Shown here: positions 1 to 13,236 of the stretch, one piece after another
Layout of the letters: each line of letters starts with the position of its first letter
Position numbering within the stretch: position 1 is the stretch's first letter
NCBI GenBank assembly: GCA_964016885.1
Contig: OZ024741.1
Coordinates: 146,196,001 to 146,260,000, forward strand
Length of the DNA: 64,000 bases
DNA from: Eledone cirrhosa
Lineage: Eukaryota
Reading direction: 5' to 3'
The notes under the pieces: generated by a model
Told to the model about the DNA's origin: nothing
What the model saw: only the letters and a program-made list of their open reading frames with translations
Database searches by the model: none
Program-made: the position numbers and the translations under genes

Positions 1-10
1 ATTTTAACTT

Positions 11-416
11 GTGGCTGTGTGGTTAAGGAAATTGCTTTAAAAACCACAAGGTCCTGGATTTAGTTTCACTATGCAATACCTTGGGCTAGTGTCTTCTACA
101 ATAAGCTCAGGTTGACCAATGTCTTATGAGTGGAAATTAGGAGGCAGAAATAGCAGAAGTCCATTGTATCTACCTATCTAGCTATCCGTCCATCTCTCTC
201 TCTCTCTCTCTCTCTCCTACTGTCCATGTCTTCATTTACATTTGTGTTTGTGGGTCTGTTTATATTTTGGAAACTAGCTGTTTGACAAAAAGAGATAGAT
301 AAAATAATTACTAATTTTTTTTAAATATTTACTTAAGTTGATACAGCTATCCAAAGCAAGGCACTGCCGCACCAGGGCCGCAGTCTAATGATGAAACCAG
401 TAAGAGAATAAAAGAG
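11..416 (+). mobile_element. Degenerate tRNA-derived SINE (head, microsatellite middle, 3' tail)
   Basis: A-box-like head GTGGCTGTGTGGTTAAG then CCTTGGGCTAGTGTCTTCTAC; related copy at 4754-4906; tail GGCCGCAGTCTAATGATGAAACCAGTAAGAG. Confidence 0.7.
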
Positions 417-964
417 TAATCAATAACAATGGAAATATATCAAATATTTTGTTATTCATCAGACAATTCTTTCATTGCTAAATCCAAAATATAATTTATT
501 TTTTGTTTATTATATTCATTTGTTTTTCTGTTTTTACTTAATTCTCTATAACATTGAATATAAAACTATTCATGAATTTTTCTTCTTGAGAGATTTATTT
601 CAATATTATTTCTTTGTTTGGCAATTGTTAGCAAAGTTGAACTGAGATATTTTTAATTTTAAGTCTTTAATATGAGGAAAACTAAACAGTTGTTAAATTA
701 ATGGATTTAATATGTTGAATAAAATCTATTCTGTTGCTGTGTAACTGAGAGTTATTTGTGGGGGCTATTTGTGATTGTTCTCATAATTCAGAGAGGAATA
801 TATGATACAATAGGATATGCTTGTTCTATGACATGGATAATAATGATTTCTAGCATTGGCATAAGGTTTCGAATTCACAGTGAAGGGAAGATAGCATATC
901 GAATTTATATCCATACATACATATTATATATTGGAGACACCATAAGTATAAAATGCTCTTGTCG

Positions 965-1191
965 TAAACCTTTCATTACACTATTTCTACTGAAAGATAT
1001 TGCGTATATGTTGAAAATAGCTGATAATTTGGAAATATTTAGTAAAATAACTAACTTTTTCATTATTAACAAAAATACTTACATAAAATTTTAATGAAAG
1101 TTTTTTAGATGAATATAATTATTTCAAAATAAACAGTTTTGTATTGCAGAACCAGGGTAAGTTTCAGATGCTTTGGTATTGAAAGGGCTAA
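965..1191. mobile_element. Degenerate piggyBac-type MITE
   Basis: Ends TAAACCTTTCATTAC ... GGTATTGAAAGGGCTAA are imperfect inverted repeats with decayed TTAA; similar ends at 30604-31255 and 41530-41762. Confidence 0.5.
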
Positions 1192-1559
1192 TGTCCTAAT
1201 ATTTCTAAGCCTCGTGATAATGTGAGGTCAAAGCAAGACATGTGACATGTTCTATTAATTTTGCTTGTTTGTATTTTGAATTTTTTCTAGCATGATGGAC
1301 CAATGTTAGTTAAAGTCAATGAAATTAAATAAATGCTCTATTTAACAATACAGCTTCTTTAGTTTGTTACTACTGATAACATATATACATACATGCATAC
1401 ACAGATCCACACATACATACACACACAAACACACAGATACAGTCACATATGTACATATCTCAGAACTAAAAATGATGCATGTCTGTACAGACACTCCAAA
1501 TCTATAAAGCATAGGGTGCTTTGTCTGGTTATTTATATTCAGATACTTCTTCTTTGCCC

Positions 1560-3565
1560 TGTTATTCCTGTAACATTTGTCCAACGATTCTTTCCTGAGA
1601 CATTCTATCCCCATGCCTTTAGTATTGGAGCTGTGATCTCTCAATTTAGAGAAGTAGCAGCTCTACCTGGATTGACTCTCTGAGCTACGCATTCTATCGA
1701 GTAACATTACTTCAAAGACCCTTCACAGGAATCCCATTTCAGCCCCTTGTATTGACAGTCGTACTCTTTCAGTCATTGCCCAAGATTTATGACCATAGGT
1801 AAGGGTGGGAACAAATACTGAATTGAAGATAGCAAGTTTGGCTTTTACACTTATTTCCCTTCTTCTGGTTACTGAATGCTGAAGCTGACACATGTTTGCA
1901 CTTAATTCAGCTGCCTGTCTTTCATGACTCTTGAAGACAGCTTCGAGATACTTGAACTTTTCTACCTGCTTCAGTGAACTCCATTCATATGTAGAGTGCA
2001 CTGCACATGCTTTCTTGAGAGGATGAGTGTCTTACGTTTTGCAGCACTGATTTTCATTCCAGCCATGCAACACTCAGCATCAAATCTATCAAGTGCGAGT
2101 CAGAGATCACTTTCTGTCGAGTTAAGTAACACCATATCGCCTGCAAATTCCAGCCAACTGAATTTACACCTGCCAGTTGTGATACTATTTCCAACTCGAC
2201 TGTGCACATCAATCCTGTTCATGAAAATAATGAACAAGAGAGGGGACAGTCTGCACCCTTGGCAGAGTCTGAATCTCACATTGAATGGTTTCGATTTAGC
2301 ACCATTTATCTGAATACAAATACTCAGGCATTCATATAGAGACATCAGGCCAACAAGAAGCGGATCATTGATCCCATGCTCTTGCAGAACCTTTCACAAC
2401 AGGGTCTGAGGAATGTGGTTATATGCTTTTTTGTTGTCTACAAATCAAGAAAATACCTGTTGGCAATACTCCCATGATTTCTTGAAGCAATGCCACACAG
2501 TGAATATTTCATCAGTTGTGCTGCACCCAGGGCAAAAACTGCACTATTCATCAGCTAACTTGCACTCAACAATCTCCCTAGATCTCTTTTCCTGACACTT
2601 AACATAGACTTTACTAGGTAGGCTTAACAAGGAAATATTTCTGTAATTGGAACAATTTCAGTTGTCTGCCTTTTTGAAAATTGGGATACACTCCCAATCA
2701 GCATTGTTCATGTGTCTTCCCAGAAATCCAGGCCATCTGGCACACATGAGTAACCAGAGGATAACTTCTCTATTTAAGGTTTTTAATATCTCAGGTCAGA
2801 TTTCATCTTCCCCAGTGGCTTTGCCACATTTGAGCTCTTTAACTGTTCTTGCAACTTCAGCCTCCAAGAGATTAGTCACTGCTCCCAGATACAGCTCATG
2901 TACATCAGAAGATGCTGTTGTGATCAGGTTTAGGAGATCAGCAAAGTATTCTCTCCACCTTGCAAAGATGCACCTCGCTGAAGAGAGGAGAACCCCCAGA
3001 TGAGTTCCTGATAGCAGGTGTGGAGGGGGGACTTCGTATTGCACAGTTGGTGGATGGTCTGCCAGAACACTTTATTTGCTGTTCTGAAGTCAGATTTCAG
3101 CTTAACTCCAAAGTCCTCCCATGTCTTAATTTTGGACAACTTTACTGTCTCTGCAACAATTCATGTCTGCTTGTACTGCAAGTGCAAGAAGAAGGACTTA
3201 TTTCTAAGCCAAGCTTTGTAGGCCCCGTTCTTTGCTTGGATGGCATCTTTGATGTCGTGATTGAACTAAGGGGTCTGCCACTATTTGGTATCACACTCGA
3301 AGGACCAGCCAGTTTTGGACCCATCAGTTTTGTGGCCTTCTTTGGCTTTATGTAGTCTCAAGTTGCAGATAACTAGATGACGATCATTTGACAGCTCAGC
3401 CCCTCACTTAACACAAACATCCAGTACAGAATTAAAGAAATCAGAAACAATAACAAAATCTGTTATTGATCTCTGTCCCTGATTCCCTTGATACCATATC
3501 TATTTATAGACGCCTCTGTGCTAGAAGAAGGTGTTTATAATAGAGAGTCCATTGCTAGAACATTA
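1560..3565 (-). mobile_element. Degenerate RTE-clade LINE (Rex3/Expander-like), EN C-terminus to RT/C-terminal region
   Basis: Minus-strand fragments NGLSIINTFF..SITDFVIVS..AELSNDRHLV, FRTANKVFWQTI, RWREYFADLLN, GKATGEDEI, QGCRLSPLLFIIFM, LEFAGDMVL, QVEKFKYL, FVPTLTYGHKSW..IQGAEMGFL; many stops and frameshifts. Confidence 0.9.
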
Positions 3566-3696
3566 TTTGTTTATACATCTACGCATTTGTAAAAGTATGT
3601 ATATTATTCAAATTAATACTGATCTAATTATTTATACACACACACATACATAAAAGTGCACGCACATACACTATATATATGCTCAAGTATGTATTA

Positions 3697-3739
<43 letters not shown>

Positions 3740-4753
3740 GTATATATGTGCATAATACATACTTGAGCATTTATTCACACAGCACTAGTTTACTTTCTAC
3801 AGTTCTAAATGCACACATACATAAATATACACACACATATATATGTAGACTTACATTCATACAGCACGACACATACATACACATACACACACTCACTCAC
3901 ACACATACACATTTATATAGTTTCATCATGAAAGAAAAAAATCAAAAGTGCAGTAGAGTAGAATATTTCAATGAAATATTTTACCCAGTAGGAATATCTA
4001 TTAACAGGAATTCTCTTCATGTATCTACAGGAATACCAACATCGGCAGCAACAAAATAAAAGCAGCAACAGTAAGAGCACTAACAACAATAACAACAGTA
4101 ACAACAACAGCAACCACAACAATCACAGCAGCATCATCATCAACAAAAAACAGCAACAATAATAACACTAGCAGCAACAACAACATATGCATCAAACAGT
4201 AGATAGAATTATCAATTTGCTTTTCAATCCATTTTCCTAATTTTGCTTTTGCTTTTCTTCTGTGTGTTTTTTTATGTCATGTATTTGTTGTTTATTTGTT
4301 ACTTATTACTTTCATGTCAATTGCCCTGTAAGGTCAGATGTGTATTGATTGCCCCTCCTCCTTACAGTGTGAAACAACATGAGCGACCTTGTTGACCATG
4401 TAAGTAACATAGTTAACACCTCTTCTGGACATATATATATAATGTAAATTGAAGTTAATATTCATTGAGGGTTTCCTATTGTGAGTTATTGATAAGCCAG
4501 CAATTGGCAACACACTGGTTATATGATTCTGCCAAAAGTAGTAGCATTGACTTGCTACAAATTAGATTTAGTTCAATGGAATGGTCCTTTGCCACCATCA
4601 ATGTAAAATTTGCAGTATGCCATTCATATTGATGAACACAGAAATATCTTATAGGAATACATTCTAAGAATTTCAAAAGGTTTTTCTCAAAGAATTATTT
4701 CTCCTTCATCAGTTTGGTATTGGAAGAAATAACTAGATTATGGCATAATCTTT

Positions 4754-4906
4754 ATGGCTGTGTGGTTAAGAAGTTTGCTTTGCAGTTGTGTAGTCATGGG
4801 TTTTATCCTTCTGCATGGTACCATGTGCAAGTGTCTTCTGTAGTTTTCAGCTGATCAATGCTTTAAGGAAAAATCTGGTAGAAGGAAATTGTATTAAGCC
4901 CATTGT
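4754..4906 (+). mobile_element. SINE head fragment (family of 11-170)
   Basis: TGGCTGTGTGGTTAAGAAGTTTGCTT...GCAAGTGTCTTCTG...TGGTAGAAGGAAA, similar to 11-170. Confidence 0.65.
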
Positions 4907-4959
4907 AACTTTCAAGAAGATTCAGCATGTTGATACTGAAACTTTAAATTACAGATACA

Positions 4960-5093
4960 ACGAATTTTTCCCAGCTGGGTGTACTGGAACAACATAAAAT
5001 AAAGAATCTTGCTCAAGGGCATAATATGCCATCTGGAATTGAGCACATATGATCTTACAAACATGAGTTAAATATCCTAACTACTAAGACATG
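4960..5093 (-). mobile_element. SINE head fragment (family of 28411)
   Basis: CCAGCTGGGTGTACTGGAACAACATAAAATAAAGAATCTTGCTCAAGG is the reverse complement of the CTTGAGCAAGACACTTTATTTCACATTGCTCCAG core at 28498-28532. Confidence 0.65.
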
Positions 5094-5396
5094 ATCATGA
5101 TATATCAAGTACAATTACTATAATTAAATAACTAGTTATGTAGTACTAGAAATGAATGCCTGTTTCTGCAGAATTAAATAAATTTAGAACTTCCATTCTG
5201 AATATTCCCATGATAAAACAAGATGTCACAAAAGCAGGAAATTGGTTTAATGGGAGTCAATTTTATTTCAACCGATGTTAGAATTGGTGTGCATATAATT
5301 TAAAACCTAAATATATTTTGATGAAGTAACATCGGCCCATATATGGTTGGATTTCTGAAATTTCCCTTGCGTTATATATATATATATATATATATA

Positions 5397-6190
5397 CTAG
5401 CAGCAGTACCCAGCGTTGCCTGTGTAGGTAAAATAATATCTGCTTTGATGAAAAGGTGTTGATCTTAGCGACTGCTTCTCGATGACTCAGCTATGGCCAC
5501 ACACAGGCCATGCGGGGGAGGGTGGTGATGACCTCTATCACTGGTAAACGCTGGTGACTGACGAAGGGGCATGCTGGGGGAGGGAGTTTCGAATTTGAAC
5601 GAAATCGGTTGAAAAATGTGGGAGCTAGAGCCGAAAAGGCGGAAATTTGAGAGAAAAGGTGGTATTTTCGAATATTTAAGCGGTTGCCACGCCGTTCCTG
5701 AACAAAAAATCCAAAATGTAAAGCCACTTAAAGACGTGAAATAATCAGATCTAGCGTAGTGTAAAATTTGAACAAAGTAGACTTGATTAATGAGGGAAGT
5801 TGAGCCGAAAAAGTGGAAATTTGAGTCTAAAAGTGGTAATTTTGAATATTTAAGCGGCTGCCACGCCGTCCCTGAACAATAAATGCAAAATATAAAGCCA
5901 TTACAGGATGTGCAATGATAAATTCTATTTTGTGCAATGATAAATTCTATTTTGCTTTAACATTTGAACGAAATCGGTGCCAAAAATGTGGGAGCTAGAT
6001 CCCCCCTCCTATCGATTTTTATCTGCAGAATAACCCCAGAATGAAAAAAACGATACGCTGATATATGGAAAACTCTCCCCCGATGACTAATCTATGAGCC
6101 TGTAAGGTTTCATGAAAATCGGTCGTAAGATGTAGGCCCCTATAGGTAATACACACACACGCACACATACTTAATTTTATATATATATAT
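5397..6190 (-). mobile_element. Non-autonomous Helitron-like element in (TA)n
   Basis: Minus-strand 3' end CTAG|T (5397-5400) with a subterminal hairpin ACCCAG-CGTTGC-CTGTGT; internal ~170-bp tandem subrepeats (AATTTGAACGAAATCGG...GCCACGCCG); other end merges into (TA)n. Confidence 0.7.
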
Positions 6191-6192
6191 GC

Positions 6193-6195
<3 letters not shown>

Positions 6196-6252
<57 letters not shown>
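6196..6252. repeat. (TA)n microsatellite; comparable tracts at 6660-6792, 15546-15727, 16120-16176, 20480-20615, 25162-25216 and elsewhere
   Basis: Direct inspection. Confidence 0.98.
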
Positions 6253-6254
<2 letters not shown>

Positions 6255-6636
6255 GTGTATGTACGTGTGTGTGTGTGCGTGGAGAGAGAGGGGGGGGATG
6301 GAGCATATAGAAAAAAGCTTGGTCTCCTGACCTGTCTAGAAGGACAGCAGTTCCAATAAAGTATTGACTTGGTCTGTAACATAACAACCCATCCAACCAA
6401 TGCTAGCAAGGAAAAGTATTATAATAATTGTATGTATGAATTTCACACACACACACAAGATGTATGCACACTTCAGGAAAAGAAAAACTTGTGTAAATAT
6501 TAAGCTTTTTTAAATAATACCTCTATATACATGCACATACAAAAGATGAATTTCCAAGTTGAGATAAGGCAAGAAACGTACTGTTGAATATTTATATCTT
6601 TTTTTTTTAAGTGTGTCTAGATTTTATTAGTGGACG

Positions 6637-6672
<36 letters not shown>

Positions 6673-6710
6673 TATGTATATATATATTATGTATATATAT
6701 ATATATATAA

Positions 6711-6793
<83 letters not shown>

Positions 6794-7033
6794 GCGGCGA
6801 TGAATTAGTTTTGCGAGGTTTTTTATATGAAATCGTGTGTCGAAACAAAAATTGTTATACTTGGGGAGGGTCATATTTGTGTAATATTGCCAGAATTAAT
6901 AACAGAACACACTCACTGTTTGGTTGGTTTTCGCTTCTCGCTTCTGTGTCTTTTATATCGGTAATATAACTTACTCGGTCCTCAATGTTGCCATTGACTG
7001 ACCGACGGTCAAAAATAATACAGATACAATATA

Positions 7034-7103
7034 GACACAAACATAGATAGTTTATCATAAATCTTTCGTTGCATATCTGCAACATCGTCAGTGGTGTTAT
7101 ATC
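7034..7103 (-). ncRNA. Type I hammerhead ribozyme motif in the PLE1 pLTR
   Basis: Minus strand: CUGACGA-U, stem II GUUGCA/UGCAAC, GAAA, stem III AGAU..AUCU, cleavage triplet CUA; stem I imperfect. Confidence 0.75.
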
Positions 7104-7334
7104 TTCCTCCTGTTGTATTGTATGTCTACGCCATTTTTATTCAGTCTGTCTATATATTTATTTATTTATTTGCTTGTTTGTTTATTTTATTTTGTCTTCT
7201 TTGCGCATGCGTTTGCGTGTGTGTATAGTGTTTTGTTTGCTGTGTGATTGGTGACTAGTGTGTGTTTATGTGCTTGTTGTTATTGTGCTTGTGTATGTAT
7301 TTATTTATTTATTTATTTTATTTTATTTACTTAT

Positions 7335-10300
7335 TTATACTTCTCTTGGGTCAGTGTTGTTTGTTTGGGTGTTGTTGTTATTCCATTCATTCTTTCTGTT
7401 TAGCCTTGGTCTTCTAATTTCTATTTCACTGGCCTCTCTGATTTGCCCATCTGCTGGGTCATTTTTATGTTTAGATATTATTCTAATTTCTATGTTGTCT
7501 ATGTTACCGTCATGTTGTTGTCTAGCATGTTCGTATAGTACTGACCCGTTTTTTCGTCCTTTTAGTTCCCCCCAGTGTTGGTCTATCCTTTCACCTATGC
7601 TACGAGCTGTCTCACCTATGTATGTTGTTGTCATGTTTCTGCAAGTACCCTCTGTACATCTTATGCTATAGACTACGTTTCTAGTTTACAGTTTATCCGG
7701 GGGTTTACCTTACATATGATACATTTCCTATTGGTACAGTGGGTTTTCTTAAAAGGGTAGGTTTTGCTGATCAGGGATTTTATGGTGGTTCCTGGCTTTT
7801 CTACCACCTTTATTTTTAACTGGGTCTTTCTCAGGGCCTTTCTACACTGGTTCGCTAATTTCCCTCCAGGGGTGGCGTCCACAAACATGACACTCTGGTA
7901 TCTCTGATTGTCGTACCATGAGGTGGCTTTCCCTATCTTATGTCGAGCCCTATCTAAGCTATTCCATGATTTGCTCCTGTATAATGGGCAAATTTCTTTC
8001 ATGTCCAGTTCTATGAGGGTCTTATACTTTTCCATGGCTCCTTCGTATACTCTGACTCTGTCTCTTTGGTTGTAGCCAGAGAACTGCATGCGGTTGATGA
8101 AGTGTTGGATGTGTCTTTCCATTTCTGTTGGATCGCACATGCGGGACACATTCTTCATCACTCGTACCAAATCTGCGATCAGAATATTAAACTTAGCACT
8201 ACTGGACATTGCTGACTTTTTGAGTATCAAGTATTTGGAGACCATGGGTTTAGCATAGTGTGAGTGGAGAATTTGGGCTCTCTCGTCTATAGTGTTAATC
8301 CAGAGTTCTGTGTCTAATACAGGTAGTCTATTGTTAGGGTGTTTGGAAGGGAAGTCGATAGTTACAGTTATATTCTGGTGTATGGAATTAGCTATCTGCT
8401 GGATGCTTTCTATCGTGCTACGTTCTAAATCAAACTTGTTAGTGCTTTCTAGTGGGGGTGTTCTTATAACTATATTGATATCGTCTACATAACGAGAGTA
8501 CATGATGAGGTCTATGGAGCTCTCATTAAGGAGATCTTTAAGTCTCCTTTCCCACCATACCATGAAAAGGTTGGCAACATCACCAGTTATGCTGACGCCG
8601 ATGGCTGCTCCCTCATTTTGGGTGTAGATCTTCTCGTTGAACGTAAATATGTGGCCCTTTAGGGTAGTTTTGATACTAGCCCCTATTGCATGTGCGACCA
8701 TTTTTCTTACCTGATCATTGTTTTGGGGGGTCCGTATAGCTTTGGTCCACCCAATCCACCTTCCCATGGGATTATTTTTTGCCATTGAGGTTATGGTGGG
8801 GGGTCTACCTCTTATAGTTCTACTAGGGCAGAAACATCTAAGGTCATGGCTGTCTAGGTAGTCAGTGTCGTAGGTAAGTCTAAGTAGGAGGCCCAGTTCG
8901 TCTGTGTCGACGTCGCAGAACTCCACCTCACTCTCAATGATCATCTCCACACATCTTTTCACAGCAAAATCAATGTTAATGGATGGGTACAGTGACACCA
9001 CATCCATGCTGCCTATTATGCAGTTGGATAGGCTTCTGTTTTTGTTGCACTCACTGATTCTGCTGAGGAGGTCCTCTGTACTGTCACATACATCTGGGGA
9101 CATCTTGATTATGGGGCGTATAACCATTGAGAGGAAGTAGGAGATCCTGTAGTTGCTAGCTATATTAGCTCCGCATACGGGTCTTGTTGGTGGTCCTGTT
9201 GTCGGGTCGTCGACTGTCATGTGGTCTTTGCGGAGCCCATACAAGGGTGGTATGCCATTGTTAGACGCCTGGAAGTTGTTGGCAGTGTGTCTGCTTGGCT
9301 TTAGGATGTCAGTCCACATCATCATGTGAGCGTTGAGCATTTTCTCTCTCCCATCGTGTGTTTGTTGTGCAATTTCACTCGTGTTGGTGATGTGGGGTTG
9401 CATAGCCTCGATGTAGTTCGGCATGCTATCTATTGACATCCTACCAGACTTATCCGTGGGTAGACATACTACCTCACCATCCCTTGTGCGCTGCTTGAGG
9501 CTAACCAAGCCTTCTACAGGTTTCCTCCCAAGTTGTTGGGCCTCTGGTCTGCTCTGTCTCTTAGTATACCTGTCTACTATTTGTCTAATTTTATTTCTAA
9601 CTATGGTGAACTGTGCCTCTGTCTCGTCATCTATTTGTTGTGGTATGCAAACTCTTTTATTAAAGGGTAACCTCGTAGGATAGATATTACCCATCTTATA
9701 TGTTTTGTCAGCTGGGTTGAAAAATAGTTTCTCTAAGGGGTTGTCATTATATCTATCGTCATAGTTGTGTGTGTTGTTATTATTGTTATCATGGTGGTTG
9801 TTGTTGTTTCTATCATTAGCATTATTATTATTGTTATGATTGCTAGATGTATTGTTGTTTACTTCACCGTTATTGTTGTTGTTACTGTTATTTCTACCAT
9901 TGTGGTTGTTACTTTTATTATGTTTCTTGTTTTTGTTGTCTATCATTGATGTTGCTACATGTACTATTTCCATTATTACCACTGTGGTTATTGTTGTTGT
10001 TGTTCGTATTGTTACCGTTATTACTACTGTGGTCGCTGCTGCTGTGTCTGTGGTTAATGTTTCTATTATTATTATTATTGTGGTTGTTGTTGTTCTGTCT
10101 ATCGGTGGATTGGCAGTATCGGTAGAGGGTCGGTCGCCATGCTTTCCAGCATAGTTACGTCCCTTTACGATCTGAGTTCAAATCCCGCCGAGGTTGACTT
10201 TGCCTTTCATCCTTACGGGGTCGATAAAATAAAGTACCAGTAATGCACTGGGTTATTGCTGGCCTTGTGCCTAAAGTAGAAACAATTATTACCATTATCA

Positions 10301-11146
10301 CTATTTCTCACTTTCCTGCTATTGTTATTGTTATGGCTGTTATTTCTATACTCAGAGTTATTGTTTATATTACTACTACCGTTATTATTGTTGTTGTTGT
10401 TTACCTTTGCATTCCAACGTATTTTGTGAAACACTTTTCCAGCTCCGTTTTGCACTCCATAGGATTAATCTTTTTGTAGATGGCAAATTTTGGTGGTAGC
10501 CGCAGGATTTGTTGTTCTTGTTCACTGATTAAAGTGTTTGTTCCCATAGATATTTACTGTGTGGTCATTGGTAAATTCTTCCGGTAGTTTTACATCAGTC
10601 ATTACGGATATTGTCGATGTTATCTGGGTATTTTTGAGAATATTCGATTTTCCTTTCTTGTAGTTTTTTCTTATTCATCCATTCTAATTTCTTATTGAAA
10701 TGCCTATTGCATTCGTTTCGAGCGTATTTCGTTTCACGTCGGATGACGCTCATGAAGTTATCTCTCTCGTTTGCTGTGATGAGATTTCGGATTTCCTTAC
10801 CGTTAATGCGTTTCTGTCTGTAAAGTGCGTTGACTTTTGTGTATGTTGTTCTTTTCATATTAACTGTTATTGTGTGTTTTAGTCGTTCGGCTTGTGTTTT
10901 GTTCAATAATAAATTATTTACTTGTTTTGATATGTTTGTTGTGTATGTTTTGGAGGAAACACAGTGTTTTAAGAAGCGGATTTGTTCTGTTGTTATTGTA
11001 GTTTTTATATAACAGAAAACAGTGTCTTTCAATAACCTTTCAGCTTGGCAGAAGCTAATGCCATAGCGGCGATGAATTAGTTTTGCGAGGTTTTTTATAT
11101 GAAATCGTGTGTCGAAACAAATATTGTTATACTTGGGGAGGGTCAT
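7335..11146 (-). pseudogene. PLE1 RT-GIY-YIG ORF (Cys-rich linker, Neptune/Nematis-like), frameshifted and SINE-interrupted
   Basis: ILRLPPKF..KIRW, TDKSGRM, PPLYGLRKDH..RPV, SMDVVSLYPSI, QNEGAAIG, YSRYVDDI, LPVLD, linker CTNRKCIIC..NC, VVY..YIGETARSIGERIDQH..REASEI..PRLN; breaks near 10600, 10520, 10400 and 7680. Confidence 0.93.
10103..10290 (+). mobile_element. tRNA-derived SINE inserted in the PLE1 Asn-rich region
   Basis: TGGCAGTATCGG A box, GAGTTCAAATCC B box, TTTGCCTTTCATCCTTACGGGGTCGATAAAATAAAGTACCAGT core, tail GGCCTTGTGCCTAAAGTAGAAACAATT; copies at 37022 (+) and 26180, 55390, 59004 (-). Confidence 0.9.
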
Positions 11147-11211
11147 ATTTGTGTAATATTGCCAGAATTAATAACAGAACACACTCACTGTTAGGTTGGT
11201 TTTCGCTTCTC

Positions 11212-13120
11212 GGGTGGACCAAAGCTATACGGACCCCCAAAACAATGATCAGGTAAGAAAAATGGTCGCACATGCAAAAAGGGCTAGTATCAAAACTACC
11301 CTAAAGGGCCACATATTTAAGTTCAACGAGAAGATCTACACCCAAAATGAGGGAGCAGCCATCGGCGTCAGCATACCTGGTGATGTTGCCAACCTTTTCA
11401 TGGTATGGTGGGAAAGGAGACTTAAAGATCTCCTTAATGAGAGCTCCATAGACCTCATCACGTACTCTCGTTATGTAGACGATATCAATATAGTTATAAG
11501 AACACCCCCACTAGAGAGCACTAACAAGTTTGATTTAGAACGTAGCACGATGGAAAGCATCCAGTAGATAGCTAATTCCATACACCAGAGTATAACTGTA
11601 ACTATCGACTTCCCTTCCAAACACCCTAACAATAGACTACCTGTATTAGACACAGAACTCTGGATTAACACTATAGACGAGAGAGCCCAAATTCTCCACT
11701 CACACTATGTTAAACCCATGGCCTCCAAATACTTGATACTCAAAAACTCAGCAATGTCCAGTAGTGCTAAGTTTAATATTCTGATCGCAGATTTGGTACG
11801 AGTGATGAAGAATGTGTCCCGCATGTACGACCCAACAGAAATGGAAAGACACATCCGACACTTCATCAACCGCATGCAGTTCTCTGGCTACAACCAAAGA
11901 GACAGAGTCAGAGTATACGAAGGAGCCATGGAAAAGTATAAGACCCTCATAGAACTGGACATGAAAGGAATTTGCCCATTATACAGGAGCAAATCATGGA
12001 ATAGCTTAGATAGGGCTCGACATAAGATAGGGAAAGCCACCTCATGGTACGACAATCAGAGATACTAGAGTGTCATGTTTGTGGACGCCACCCCTGGAGG
12101 GAAATTAGCTAACCAGTGTAGAAAGGCCCCGAGAAAGACCCAGTTAAAAATAAAGGTGGTAGAAAAGCCAGGAACCACCATAAAATCCCTGATCAGCAAA
12201 ACCTACCCTTTTAAGAAAACCCACTGTACCAATAGGAAATGTATCATATGTAAGGTGAACCCCCGGATAAACTGTAAAACTAGAAACGTAGTCTATAGCA
12301 TAAGATGTACAGAGGGTACTTGCAGAAACATGACAACAACATACATAGGTGAGACAGCTCGTAGCATAGGTGAAAGGATAGACCAACACTGGGGGGAACT
12401 AAAAGGACGAAAAAACGGGTCAGTACTATACGAACATGCTAGACAACAACATGACGGTAACATAGACAACATAGAAATTAGAATAATATCTAAACATAGA
12501 AATGACCCAGCAGATAGGCAAATCAGAGAGGCCAGTGAAATAGAAATTAGAAGACCAAGGCTAAACAGAAAGAATGAATGAAATAACAACAACACCAAAA
12601 CAAACAACACTGACCTAAGAGAAGTATAAATAAGTAAATAAAATAAAATAAATAAATAAATAAATACATACACAAGCACAATAACAACAAGCACATAAAC
12701 ACACACTAGTCACCCATCACACAGCAAACAAAACACTATACACACACGCAAACGCATGCGCAAAGAAGACAAAATAAAATAAACAAACAAGCAAATAAAT
12801 AAATAAATATATAGACAGACTGAATAAAAATGGCGTAGATATACAATACAACAGGAGGAAGATATAACACCACTGACGATGTTGCAGATGTGCAACGAAA
12901 GATTTATGATAAACTATATATATGTGTTTGTGTCTATATTGTATCTGTATTATTTTTGCCCGTCGGTCAGTCAATGGCAACATTGAGGACCGAGTAAGTT
13001 AGATTACCGATATAAAAGACACAGAACCGAGAAGCGAAAACCAACCAAACAGTGAGTGTGTTCTGTTATTAATTCTGGCAATATTACACAAATATGACCC
13101 TCCCCAAGTATAACAATATA
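11212..13120 (+). mobile_element. Inverted, 5'-truncated second copy of PLE1 (RT C-half, GIY-YIG, pLTR)
   Basis: Near-identical reverse complement of 6851-8752; ORFs 11196-11567, 11718-12068 and 12075-12581 match the minus-strand protein. Confidence 0.95.
12861..12934 (+). ncRNA. Hammerhead ribozyme motif in the inverted PLE1 arm
   Basis: CTGACGA (12873-12879) T GTTGCA-GATG-TGCAAC GAAA; stem III 3' side altered to a TA run relative to the 7034-7103 copy. Confidence 0.65.
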
Positions 13121-13167
13121 TATATATATATATATAACATCAAAAGATGGTTAAAAGAGTTCCATGC

Positions 13168-13236
13168 ATTTTATTATGCGCATTTCAAAAACAAATATTA
13201 TCATGCGATGACATTTGCGTTTTCGTCGGATAAAAT
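13168..13236 (-). ncRNA. Hammerhead motif in the PLE2 left arm, core variant CCGACGA
   Basis: Reverse complement of 15350-15418 with a U>C change in the catalytic core. Confidence 0.6.

Larger units (their letters stand above)
6791..11212 (-). mobile_element. Penelope-like retroelement (PLE1), full ORF with partial-tandem pseudo-LTRs
   Basis: Direct repeat 6791-6940 / 11063-11212, each containing the ORF start MTLPKYNN; RT plus C-terminal GIY-YIG; hammerhead motif in the pLTR; 3' end joins (TA)n. Confidence 0.95.

Noticed and set aside
7673-9982. Intact 769-aa host or telomerase-like RT gene
   Set aside because: Fragment of a frameshifted Penelope ORF; its apparent start lies within the Asn repeat, just downstream of a SINE insertion.
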